Shown here: positions 47,115 to 56,117 of the stretch, piece after piece
How the letters are laid out: each line of letters starts with the position of its first letter
Position numbering within the stretch: the first letter of the stretch is position 1
Virus record (IMG/VR): IMGVR_UViG_3300045243_000021
Coordinates: 8,003-72,002 of that record
Reading direction: 5' to 3' (one strand)
Length of the DNA: 64,000 nucleotides
DNA from: a virus
Made by a program: the position numbers and the translations under genes
The notes under the pieces: model-generated
Seen by the model: only the letters and a program-made list of their open reading frames with translations
The model's database searches: none
Told to the model about the DNA's origin: nothing

Positions 47115-48106
47115 GCGCCACAAAACGGTCTCTCATTCTTGGCGTGGGCGGAATGGATGGAAGCCATCTCGCCGACCTGCTCCTTGGTCGCGGTCATGAC
47201 GTCCATGGCATGCACCGGCATTCTTCCGTGGACAACCTTGGCCGGATCGCCCACGTCCGCTCCTGCGTGACACTACACCGTGGTGACTTACTTGACCTGA
47301 CGAGCATACGCCGGATTCTCCAGGACGTGCAACCTGACGAGTTGTTCAATGTCGCTGACCAAGACAACGTCGAGTGGTCCCATGCCCAGGTGGGGCTGTC
47401 CATGGACGTGACGGCTGGTGCCGTGGGCAAGCTCCTGGAGATAGTGCGGCAGACATGCCCCAAGGCGCGGGTCTTCCAACCGCTCTCCGTCACCATGTTC
47501 GGCATGATGCCGCCACCGCAGGGCAAGACCACCGCCTTTGACCCGCTATCCCCTTATGCCTGTGCCAAGGTGGCCAGTTTTTATCTGTGTCGCATGTATC
47601 GCCGGGTGCATGGTCTGCACGTCGTTACGGGCGTGATGGCGAACCACGATAGCCCGCGACGGTCGGATGGGTATCTGTTGCAGAAGATCGCCCGCGGGGC
47701 CGTTGGGTGTGCCTGGGGACGGCAGAAGGAACTAAGGCTTGGGGCGCTGGCGGCACGGGTGGACGTGGGCTGTGCTCGTGAGTTCATGGAATGCGTCATC
47801 AAGGCCATGGAGTACGACGAGGCCGACGATTGGATTATCGGCAGCGGAAAGGCCCACACCATCCAGGAGATTGCCAAGGCGGCGTTCGTGAAGGTGGGGC
47901 GGGACTGGCGGCATTTCGTGCGTGAGGATGCGACGTTACTTAGGCCGGGGCCGATGCCGCACTACTGCACGGACATAAGCGACACGCAGAAGCGGCTGGG
48001 CTGGCGTCCGCAGAAGGATTCGCTGGACGTGGTGCGGGAGTTGGTGAGCCATTTCGAGCGGCAAGTGAACCTGGAACATGGGCAGGCGTGGAGGGATCAC
48101 GGGTGA
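47111..48106 (+). CDS. GDP-mannose 4,6-dehydratase-like SDR enzyme
   Basis: GVGGMDGSHLA, PLSPYACAK (YxxxK), NHDSPRR. Confidence 0.85.
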   Translation: MSATKRSLILGVGGMDGSHLADLLLGRGHDVHGMHRHSSVDNLGRIAHVRSCVTLHRGDLLDLTSIRRILQDVQPDELFNVADQDNVEWSHAQVGLSMDVTAGAVGKLLEIVRQTCPKARVFQPLSVTMFGMMPPPQGKTTAFDPLSPYACAKVASFYLCRMYRRVHGLHVVTGVMANHDSPRRSDGYLLQKIARGAVGCAWGRQKELRLGALAARVDVGCAREFMECVIKAMEYDEADDWIIGSGKAHTIQEIAKAAFVKVGRDWRHFVREDATLLRPGPMPHYCTDISDTQKRLGWRPQKDSLDVVRELVSHFERQVNLEHGQAWRDHG

Positions 48107-49104
48107 AAGTAGGCACGTTTGCTTATCCGACGTCGCGCGGCCTAGGACATTTGGCAAAGGATTTCGCCGATCATGGTATTACGACCGATACGCTTGTTGT
48201 TGAGCATGCGTCTATCCCGAGCAATGCCGACTGGTATCCAAGTGCTCCCCGAACGAATGCAAGACGCCTTGACCGCAATCTAATGTTCGACTTCTGCCGT
48301 GGCAAAGACGCAATGTTGTTTTTTGAAACGCCATTTCTTTGGGACGTGATACCGCATTGCGCGGCAATCGGCGTTCGCACCTATTTACTCGTGATGCATG
48401 AATGCACTCCGGCTGTTCACTCGCCACCGCATCGTTACCTCTGCCCTTCCTCGCTCGACATGCACTATTTCAAGGACCACGATGCCGTCTTTCTCCAGCT
48501 GCCCGTTGATCCGCAGAAGGTGCCATGGCGACAGCGAGAGAAGGCGGAACTCTACGTCCACCACGGCGGGTATCTCGGGCTCAGGGGCCGCGAAGGGACA
48601 GCGCTGCTGATCGATGCCATGCGTTACGTAAAGAGTCCATTGAAGCTTCAGATACGGGTACAGGAAAACGTCGATGCCACACGGCAACGGCAGATGGCCC
48701 AGGATGCGCGTATCGAGTACCTCCCGCAAACGATTCCTTTTGCTGAACTATGGCAGGACGGCGACGTTTACGTTGCCCCGCAGAAATTCAATGGCTGCTC
48801 GCTTCCCCTTCAGGAAGCCTATGCTTCGGGCATGCTGGTCATGACCACCGACCGCTTTCCCATGAATACCTGGCTACCGCGTGAGCCGATGATTCCCACC
48901 AAGGGCATACTGAAAGACGTACAGGTCGGCGGACCTTACCTGCCGTTCGACGAGTCGGTCATTGATCCTGAGGACATCGCCAGGACGATGGATGCGTGGC
49001 ACGAACGGGATATTGCCGAGTGGTCAAGGCGTGGGCGGGCGTGGGCGGAAGCGAACTCGTGGGAGCAACTCAAGCCGCTGTGGATGGAGCAACTGAGTAA
49101 GTAA
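48103..49104 (+). CDS. GT-B (GT4-like) glycosyltransferase
   Basis: DVYVAPQKFNGCSLPLQEAYASGMLVMTTD. Confidence 0.8.
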   Translation: MKVGTFAYPTSRGLGHLAKDFADHGITTDTLVVEHASIPSNADWYPSAPRTNARRLDRNLMFDFCRGKDAMLFFETPFLWDVIPHCAAIGVRTYLLVMHECTPAVHSPPHRYLCPSSLDMHYFKDHDAVFLQLPVDPQKVPWRQREKAELYVHHGGYLGLRGREGTALLIDAMRYVKSPLKLQIRVQENVDATRQRQMAQDARIEYLPQTIPFAELWQDGDVYVAPQKFNGCSLPLQEAYASGMLVMTTDRFPMNTWLPREPMIPTKGILKDVQVGGPYLPFDESVIDPEDIARTMDAWHERDIAEWSRRGRAWAEANSWEQLKPLWMEQLSK

Positions 49105-49763
49105 TGGGCATTTGGGACCGTGATCTGACGGGCGCGAAACGTCAGCGACCAACGATGGACGAGGTTTATTCGCCGGGGCAGGTGAAGGTGCTCTGGCCGT
49201 TTCTGCGTCGTGACCCGTCGTGGTTTGTCCTGGGCGGCCCAGCCAACGGCGACGAGGCACAATGCTTCGCGCTTCGTTATCCGACCGATTGCCGCATACT
49301 TGGCATCGAGCCATCGCTACGCATGCGCCGCCATCAACTGGAGCACAACTTCCCTGGCACGCTCATTGCCGCTGGCCTGGACAAACACGTCGGCGTACGT
49401 CCGCTCCATTCGCCAGCGGGAGCGGAGAACTGTAGCTCGATGGTCCGCGATTGCGGCGGGGACGTGCATGAGGTGCCCACGACTACTCTCGATGCGATAG
49501 ACGCCGACTATCATTTTGCCAACGCCGTCCTGTGGCTGGACATCGAGGGCATGGAGTTGCCGGCGTTGCGTGGGGCGTCAGCGTGCTTGCGACGTGGTGC
49601 GTTTGAGCTGATCAACGTCGAGATACTGGTCGATGAACGGCCCGACGACCTGACCGGTATTGCCGACTTGCTGACGACGGCGGGTATGGAGTTGGTCCAC
49701 GAATGGGACTGGCAAATGGCATGGCGTAACCAGATTTGGCGGCTGAAGGAGCAACCGACGTGA
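49104..49763 (+). CDS. FkbM-family methyltransferase
   Basis: GIEPS; TTTLD; LWLDIEGMELPALRGA. Confidence 0.8.
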   Translation: MGIWDRDLTGAKRQRPTMDEVYSPGQVKVLWPFLRRDPSWFVLGGPANGDEAQCFALRYPTDCRILGIEPSLRMRRHQLEHNFPGTLIAAGLDKHVGVRPLHSPAGAENCSSMVRDCGGDVHEVPTTTLDAIDADYHFANAVLWLDIEGMELPALRGASACLRRGAFELINVEILVDERPDDLTGIADLLTTAGMELVHEWDWQMAWRNQIWRLKEQPT

Positions 49764-50740
49764 AAATCCTCTTCGTAGCCAAGCACGGCAACCACGACAA
49801 CGCCGACGAAGACGCAGTATCGTTTGCTTTGGAGCAACTCGGCCACACCGTCATTCGCGTGCAAGAGTACCGGCGACTGCGCGAAGATTCGCGGCCGATA
49901 GAGGAGTGGATCGATACCGTCGAGGCCGACTTGTGCCTTTGCTTTAAGTGGGAAACTGTGTCCGAGATGATCGAAGTGGCGCAACGCATGCCTCTTTGTT
50001 TCTGGTATTTCGACCTCGTGTCATCCGAGTGTCCAACGCTAGCCGCTCGCATGCAAACGCGGCGCAACTGGATGCGTGACGTTGTGCCTAATTGCAAGGT
50101 CGGCTTCTGTACGGACGGGGATTGGGTGGAGAGCTTCAACGTCGAGCATTACGAGCGTGTGGCCGGTCCACTGGGATTGCGTCGCACGGAATGCCATGAC
50201 GCCTTGGTTCATCTCATGCAAGGCGCTGATGAACGTGTCGCTGGCTTCGGCGAACGCAACACGTCCTGTCCGCCCATCATCTTCACGGGCATGATTCACC
50301 ACGGAGCCAGGCGAGCGGAGCACGTTAGCCACTTGCAAGCGAAGTGGGGCGACCGCTTCGCCGTCATCGGCAACCGTGGACCACTCGGGCGGCGGCATGG
50401 CCGTGAATTGGCCGACCTGTTTGCCAGCACATCCATTGTCGTGGCACCGGATGGGCCGGTAACTGACTCATACTGGTCGAACAGGCTTTGGCTTTCTTTG
50501 AGTCTTGGTGCGTTTCTCCTTCACCCTTATTGCGCGAAGATAGCCGACTATTACCGCATCGGTGAAGAGGTGATTTGCTACCGCTCGCGGGAAGAACTGG
50601 ACGACCTGATCGGCTACTACCTGGATCGTCCGCAGAAGCGCGAAGAGATTCGCATGGCGGGATTCAAGGCGACGATTGATCGCAACCTTTACAGGCATCG
50701 TGTTGCCGAACTCATCGCGGAAGTGGAGAGACGATTATGA
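49760..50740 (+). CDS. glycosyltransferase (CgeB/Glyco_trans_1_2-like)
   Basis: YWSNRLWLSLSLGAFLLHP...ELDDLIGYYL...YRHRV. Confidence 0.8.
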   Translation: MKILFVAKHGNHDNADEDAVSFALEQLGHTVIRVQEYRRLREDSRPIEEWIDTVEADLCLCFKWETVSEMIEVAQRMPLCFWYFDLVSSECPTLAARMQTRRNWMRDVVPNCKVGFCTDGDWVESFNVEHYERVAGPLGLRRTECHDALVHLMQGADERVAGFGERNTSCPPIIFTGMIHHGARRAEHVSHLQAKWGDRFAVIGNRGPLGRRHGRELADLFASTSIVVAPDGPVTDSYWSNRLWLSLSLGAFLLHPYCAKIADYYRIGEEVICYRSREELDDLIGYYLDRPQKREEIRMAGFKATIDRNLYRHRVAELIAEVERRL

Positions 50741-51000
50741 GCGTTGACATTCGCAAAGGCGAGCACATGCCACCAGATGTCATGGAGCCCATTTCGCCAG
50801 GTCATCTCGGCAGTATGCCAAGTGTGCCATTCGAGATTGCGCCCAACGACTGGCATGAGAATGGAGTTCCGTATGGAGCGTGGTGCAAGTGCCAAACGTG
50901 TGGAGTCGTTGGCCGAAGCACGATGGCATTCGACTTCTACACGAGCGGTCCAGGAATGCCATACGATTGCGAAGATTGCGCACAGAAGAAACTAAAATGA
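50737..51000 (+). CDS. small Cys-motif protein
   Basis: CQTC...CEDC; coupled at both ends. Confidence 0.55.
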   Translation: MSVDIRKGEHMPPDVMEPISPGHLGSMPSVPFEIAPNDWHENGVPYGAWCKCQTCGVVGRSTMAFDFYTSGPGMPYDCEDCAQKKLK

Positions 51001-51473
51001 GCAATCCGATCAGCGATCGCAACTGGTGGCGCAATCGCCTGCACGAGTGCCGGGGCGAACTGCACCGCTCTATCTGCGAGTGCTCGATTGATCGCTGGCT
51101 GGAGATGCAGGCCGAACACCAGCGGACACTGGCCAAGGAAATCCGACCTACCGACGTCATTCTGGACGTGGGCTGTGCATGGGGGCGGATCGTCGGACTC
51201 TTGCCCTGCACGTTCAAGGGTATGTACGTTGGCGTCGATTCGTCGCCCGAGATGATAACGCTGGCCCAAATGCTCAACCCGCCCTGGTGTACGTTCTACG
51301 TCCAGGACGTGCGGTGCATGACATTCGATCCTGGGACGTTCACCGTGGCCATAGCTTGCGGCATGCGAGGCATGTTCCAGCGGAACCGCATGGGAGACGC
51401 ATGGCTGGCCGTTCAGAACGAGATGAACCGGGTGGCGATGCGGCAACTGGTGCTGCCCATGCTGGATGAGTGA
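50997..51473 (+). CDS. class I SAM-dependent methyltransferase
   Basis: ILDVGCAWGR; YVGVDSSPEMI. Confidence 0.82.
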   Translation: MSNPISDRNWWRNRLHECRGELHRSICECSIDRWLEMQAEHQRTLAKEIRPTDVILDVGCAWGRIVGLLPCTFKGMYVGVDSSPEMITLAQMLNPPWCTFYVQDVRCMTFDPGTFTVAIACGMRGMFQRNRMGDAWLAVQNEMNRVAMRQLVLPMLDE

Positions 51474-51867
51474 GACAATGACCAAGCAAATCCATGATGC
51501 CGATGGCATGCTGTTGGCCGTGCTCGTGCAAGGGCCATGGGATGCGGGCGTGACGTTCCACACGCTGGGAACCATGCCGCTGCAACTGGCGACGATGGAG
51601 CGGAAGGCGGGTGAGCACGTCAAGGCCCACACGCACCGCCCGGAGTTGCGGACCATCGACGTGACGGCGGAAGTGCTGCTCATCCGCAAGGGGCGGGTAT
51701 CGGTGCAGATATTCGACAACGCCAAGCGGCTTTGTGCCGACGTCACGCTGCGAGCCAACGACGGGCTTCTGCTGGTGGCGGGCGGGCATGCCATGACGGT
51801 GCTTGAGGACACGCAGTTAGCCGAAATCAAACAAGGCCCATTCCAGGACGACAAGGTGCCATTGTGA
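51466..51867 (+). CDS. cupin-fold protein (sugar isomerase/epimerase-like)
   Basis: AHTH...EVLLIRKG...GGHAM...EIKQGPF. Confidence 0.75.
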   Translation: MSETMTKQIHDADGMLLAVLVQGPWDAGVTFHTLGTMPLQLATMERKAGEHVKAHTHRPELRTIDVTAEVLLIRKGRVSVQIFDNAKRLCADVTLRANDGLLLVAGGHAMTVLEDTQLAEIKQGPFQDDKVPL

Positions 51868-51884
51868 TGCAAGCGTACGAACAG

Positions 51885-52151
51885 CTATCGGGCCGCTGGG
51901 GTCGTCAGTGCTTTCTCCAGCGTCCATCGTCTAAGTCTGAACGCCAGCGTCTTTGGGCATACGCCAAGAGTGCGAGCCCAATCGGTAATAGTTCGCGACG
52001 CCCCCCTGAAAGTAATCACTCTATTCGTGCGTTTGTTTCGATCTTGAGTATGACGTTGAGCCCAAATGCAGTTGCTCGGCAAGACGGTCAATTCCCCAAA
52101 TACCTGACCGTTGAGATTGCGGCGCAAACGTATTATCGTAGTCTGAGGCAT
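51885..52151 (-). pseudogene. internally deleted HNH endonuclease remnant
   Basis: N-terminal NLNGQVFGELTVL joined directly to PSNCIWA..RNKRTNRVITFRG..TITDWAR; the catalytic HNH core is missing. Confidence 0.7.
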
Positions 52152-52240
52152 GCTATGGCCCTCCTACGGCCAAAGTGTGTTTGGACGCCATGTAGCCGAA
52201 ATCTGCATGGCGTTCTTTATTTTACGGGGCAGTAGTAAAC

Positions 52241-53218
52241 ATGGAAGCATATGAGCAGCTTGAATTTGAATTCGCTGAATGGAACGGCCTTGATCCTAGT
52301 GGCATGGTGGCCTGCAACTCGGGCACCAGTGCGATCCACCTGGCGCTCGAGGCAATGCGGCTGCCGGCTGGCTCTGAGGTCGTTACTCCGGATTTTGGAA
52401 TGATTGCGTGTCCGCGGGCCGTGACGCTGGCGGGCATGGTGCCGGTGTTTGTGGATTGCGATGAGCAACTGTTGCTCGACAAAGATGAGTTTGCACGTCA
52501 AAGAAACTCAACCCCTGAAGTTGTTATGACCGTTCACGTACATGGCCGACAAATTCACGAAGACGTGTTCTACCATGCAGGCCAATATAACTGGTACGTC
52601 ATCGAAGACCTTGCCGAAGCCCACGGCATCCGCCCGCACTCCAACACCGACGCCGCTTGCTGGTCATTCCAAAGCTCCAAGGTCATCCACGCCGAAGAAG
52701 GCGGGGCCGCCTGGTTCCGCGACAAGGACGCCGCCAAGCTGGCCCGCAGCCTGCGGACGATGGGGTTTACGGAAGAATGGGATTACATGCACCTGAGAGG
52801 CGGGATTAACGGCCGCATGAGCAACGCCCACGCCACGATGATTCTCGATTCGCTCCACGCCTTCGACGCGAACATGCTGAAACGCCGGGCCATGGAAGCC
52901 GCCTACAACGCGCACTGTCCCAACGAATGGCGCATGCCCGAGCGTGCCAGCCCGTGGATATACGACGCGAGAATACCTGGCCTGACTGCCGACCGCCAGC
53001 GTAGCATCATCCGTGAATTGCAGGCACAGGGCGTGCCGGCCCGTTTCCCGTTTCGCCCGATGCACGTTCAGGAGGAGTACGAGGATTGCCGGCGCGTGGG
53101 CGGAGAGATTGCCGAGCGGATGAGCCGGGAACTGATTTGCCTGCCGTTGTCGCCGGAGCGAACGACAGCGGCGATGCCGGAGAAGGCGTTCAGGATTATC
53201 CGAGCGATGACGGATTGA
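52241..53218 (+). CDS. DegT/DnrJ/EryC1/StrS sugar aminotransferase (perosamine synthase-like)
   Basis: NSGTSAIHLAL, VIEDLAEAHG, SFQSSKVIHAEEGG (PLP Lys). Confidence 0.9.
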   Translation: MEAYEQLEFEFAEWNGLDPSGMVACNSGTSAIHLALEAMRLPAGSEVVTPDFGMIACPRAVTLAGMVPVFVDCDEQLLLDKDEFARQRNSTPEVVMTVHVHGRQIHEDVFYHAGQYNWYVIEDLAEAHGIRPHSNTDAACWSFQSSKVIHAEEGGAAWFRDKDAAKLARSLRTMGFTEEWDYMHLRGGINGRMSNAHATMILDSLHAFDANMLKRRAMEAAYNAHCPNEWRMPERASPWIYDARIPGLTADRQRSIIRELQAQGVPARFPFRPMHVQEEYEDCRRVGGEIAERMSRELICLPLSPERTTAAMPEKAFRIIRAMTD

Positions 53219-53508
53219 CGCCGCGTCCTCCCCGGTCGGGACTGGGTTGCTCCCCCGATGACAGGGGAGGCGCGGCTACCCGTCATACTACGACCCGCCT
53301 TCGGCAGCTGACGCCGCGGCGGCGGGAAATGCTCAACTTTGGCTGTTTTCAGCTATTGCATTGATAGCATCTGTACAGTACCATTCTTTTTAGCCTGGCC
53401 GCCTAGCCGAGCGAATCGCGCCGCCCACCGGGCCGGTTGATCCAGGCAGGAATGGATTGTTTGGCCCTCCCGCGCTGGTAGAATACGCGGACGGAAGGGG
53501 GCAAGGAA

Positions 53509-53850
53509 GTGGCCAGTGCTGCACGGGTACCCCAGTATCTAATTCAACTCGCTGAACGCAACACCCGACTCCTTGAACGCATGGCCGAAATTGAATTGGC
53601 CGCGGCTTCCGGTACGCGCCCACCACTCCGCTCGCGGGAACGTCGCATCATCGCGGCTATCGGTGCTCAGGCCCTTGTCGCCAAGCAAATCGCTAAACTC
53701 ATCGACGTGGAGTTCAACAAAGGCTTGCAAGCGGTGCTGGCCGATATGGTACGTTGGGGACTGCTCACGCATGACGCTGAAGGGTATCGGGTGGGCGAAG
53801 GGTGGGCGGGGACGGTGGTAGAGGACGAGGCTGAAGACGATGCCACCTGA
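53509..53850 (+). CDS. small winged-helix-like protein
   Basis: AKQIAKLID...LADMVRWGLL...GYRV. Confidence 0.5.
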   Translation: MASAARVPQYLIQLAERNTRLLERMAEIELAAASGTRPPLRSRERRIIAAIGAQALVAKQIAKLIDVEFNKGLQAVLADMVRWGLLTHDAEGYRVGEGWAGTVVEDEAEDDAT

Positions 53851-53999
53851 GTGCCACCTATCTCCGGCGGACAGAACCAGCAAAAACCCCTAGAAAACAA
53901 GGGGGGACCGTAGCTCAACGGTCAGAGCAGGGGACTCATAAGACTTTGGCAAGTTAAGCAATCAGCCTGAAACAAGCCTGCCAGTGAAAGTGCCACCTA
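53841..53999. other. attP site: tRNA-derived core flanked by arm-type repeats
   Basis: TGCCACCT at 53841, 53852 and 53991 on both sides of a tRNA 5' half; integrase nearby. Confidence 0.8.
53904..53941 (+). tRNA. 5' half of a tRNA with CAT anticodon (Ile2/Met); att core, not a full gene
   Basis: GGGACCG-TA-GCTC-AACGGTCA-GAGC-A-GGGGA-CTCATAA, then no complementary anticodon strand or T arm. Confidence 0.85.
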
Positions 54000-54029
54000 A
54001 AAACTCACCAAAAAGGAGAGCCACGACCA

Positions 54030-54599
54030 ATGAAAGCGTGGGTAGCGAGGCGCAAAGGTACGCAGCTTTGGTGTGCTTACTGGAACGACCTGGATGGTAA
54101 GCGACGGCAGAAAGCATTTCGGGATGAGGCCGATGCGATTGCTTTTGCCAAAACCATTGACCGTGATCTTATCCACAACACTTACAGCGTCGTCAGCCGA
54201 AACGAATTTGCTATTCGTCCAATTGGGTTTGAAGCTTATCGCCAGTTCGCGGCGAAGGCCGTGTATTTCATCGAGGCTGTGGGGCTGGAGCGAGTCAAGA
54301 TTGGCTATACAGAGGCGCTAGTAAGCAGGCTGGCTCATCTTCAAATATCGTCGCCAGTGCGACTTCGCGTTCTAGCGGTGGTGAAGGGCAACCGAGAACT
54401 AGAAGCGAAGTTCCACAGTCGTTTTGCTGCACTTCGTTTGCACGGCGAGTGGTTCCAAATGGGCAAGGCGATACGGAAGCTTATTGATTACCTGCAACGG
54501 CACGAACAGGTAACGAAGGCTCTGTTGGACAGGACGAAAGAACTGTCGGTGGAACAAACAACCTCCCCATCAACTCCTGCTGCTCAGCCAACGGGTTGA
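54030..54599 (+). CDS. integrase-N-like domain fused to GIY-YIG (T5orf172-like) domain
   Basis: VYFIEA...VKIGYT...RLAHLQ...LEAKFH..F...RLHGEWF; N-terminus resembles the integrase N-terminus. Confidence 0.8.
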   Translation: MKAWVARRKGTQLWCAYWNDLDGKRRQKAFRDEADAIAFAKTIDRDLIHNTYSVVSRNEFAIRPIGFEAYRQFAAKAVYFIEAVGLERVKIGYTEALVSRLAHLQISSPVRLRVLAVVKGNRELEAKFHSRFAALRLHGEWFQMGKAIRKLIDYLQRHEQVTKALLDRTKELSVEQTTSPSTPAAQPTG

Positions 54600-55587
54600 C
54601 GTAATACCGCATCGTCGTTTCGATGCTCTCGTGTCGCATCAAGAGCTTGAGGCCCGAGGCACTGATCCGTGGGGCATTCATCGTCCCGAATGCCTTCCGG
54701 ATGGCATGAAAACCATACTGGCGGCCAATGCCTGCCCGGTCCTGGATGGCGTGCCATTCGTCGTACAGGTACTCTTGGCACTCGTCCCACGCAAAGAACC
54801 GCTCTGAGAAGCCGCGTAGCCTTTGCATATGCTCAACAGCGACAGGTAGTAGGCCGATAATTGCGTCCTGCTTGCCCTTGGTGTGTCGAATGATGGCAAA
54901 GCTCTTGTCCAGGTCAACGTCATCGCGGCGCAAGTTCAGTAGTTCCCCGATCCGCAAGCCGGTGACGTAGGCCGTCATGATGAGGGCCTGCCACCATTCG
55001 CAGGCGGTGTAGCCCGTGCTCTCGGGCCGTTTGGCGTGACGACATGCTTGGTAGATTGCGGCAAAATGTTCCGGCAGCATGTAATCGGGCAGCTTCTTGT
55101 CGCCTTTGAGGAATCGGAACTTTGGCAGCTTGGGCAGGTATTCCCAATCCGCGGCGACTTGGAGCACGGCCCGTAGATGACGCAGGTACTTGTTGACGGT
55201 GGGCAGTTCCATGCGAGAGCCCGGCTGCTTCCCACGCTCCTGAACTAACGCCGCGATGAACTTGGCTATCGTTTCGGACGTGATATTGCACACCTTGCCG
55301 GGTCGGATGAGCTTTTCAAATCTGTCGAGAGCGTTGCGCGTAACTCGGGCAGTCGAACCAATTGCCAATGACGTTTCGTGGTACTTGCGGCGGAACTCCT
55401 GCCAAGTAGCAGTGCCGTTGGTGGACTGGATGCCCAAGAGCAGTTCAGCATCTTTCTTTTTTCGGAACGTCATCGCTAAACCATGGGCGTAGTCGTCCGA
55501 TCCGAACGACTTCTGCCGTCGCTTGCCGTCCGTGTCATTCCAGTAGCAAACCCACGTCGTACCACGCCGGGCAATCCATGCCTTCAT
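54481..55587 (-). CDS. int: tyrosine integrase
   Basis: TGLRIGEL, HTKG, FHAIRK, MRHES, TTMRYY catalytic set; GGAGG RBS. Confidence 0.93.
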   Translation of the reverse strand: MKAWIARRGTTWVCYWNDTDGKRRQKSFGSDDYAHGLAMTFRKKKDAELLLGIQSTNGTATWQEFRRKYHETSLAIGSTARVTRNALDRFEKLIRPGKVCNITSETIAKFIAALVQERGKQPGSRMELPTVNKYLRHLRAVLQVAADWEYLPKLPKFRFLKGDKKLPDYMLPEHFAAIYQACRHAKRPESTGYTACEWWQALIMTAYVTGLRIGELLNLRRDDVDLDKSFAIIRHTKGKQDAIIGLLPVAVEHMQRLRGFSERFFAWDECQEYLYDEWHAIQDRAGIGRQYGFHAIRKAFGTMNAPRISASGLKLLMRHESIETTMRYYVNPLAEQQELMGRLFVPPTVLSSCPTEPSLPVRAVAGNQ

Positions 55588-56117
55588 GACGGCCTCCGTG
55601 CCGAACGCATCGCAAACAGCACGGCTAATCATCTTGCGTATTTTGCGGCATGCAAGGTTGGTTTTGCGCATGCCAGCCAGTTGACCTTGACAGGCCAAGT
55701 GGCGGCACCAACTGAACGGCAACTAGACTTCTAGCTGGTACCCAACCGCCCCCACGTCGGCAAGAATCACCCTCACGCCGATGGCGGCGGCTCTTTGGAA
55801 AGGTGGGGAGCTAGTCGATGAAGTGGCGGCAGTCAGGGCACCAACCGTTGCTGTGCTTGTGCGAATGGCCGCAAGGCTCCGGCGGCTTCAGCTTGTCCAG
55901 CTCCGCCCGCAGCCCCTGGACCTCGCGGGCCAACCCCTTGAGTCCAGCAGCAATGCTGGCCGTATCGCCCTTGAGGAGAGTTATTTCGGTTTGCTGGCTT
56001 TGGACCAAGCTGGCAAGGGTAGCGAGACATGCGGCGGCTCTTCCGATGTAAACCTTTGGTAATTACTTACTTGGCTCATCAAACGTAGGCAAAAAGTGAA
56101 CGCGGGCGAAACAATGC

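Noticed and set aside
46471-47155. Group I intron in the Gmd-like gene
   Set aside because: The interval is filled by the endonuclease ORF plus a duplicated start, I see no P/Q/R/S core, and the downstream gene is complete without splicing; not excluded without RT-PCR
51864-52235. 123-aa plus-strand ORF as a real gene
   Set aside because: Only its first seven codons are meaningful (DegT stub); the rest is antisense to the HNH remnant
53904-53980. Complete tRNA gene
   Set aside because: No 3' anticodon strand, T arm or acceptor 3' strand; treated as att core
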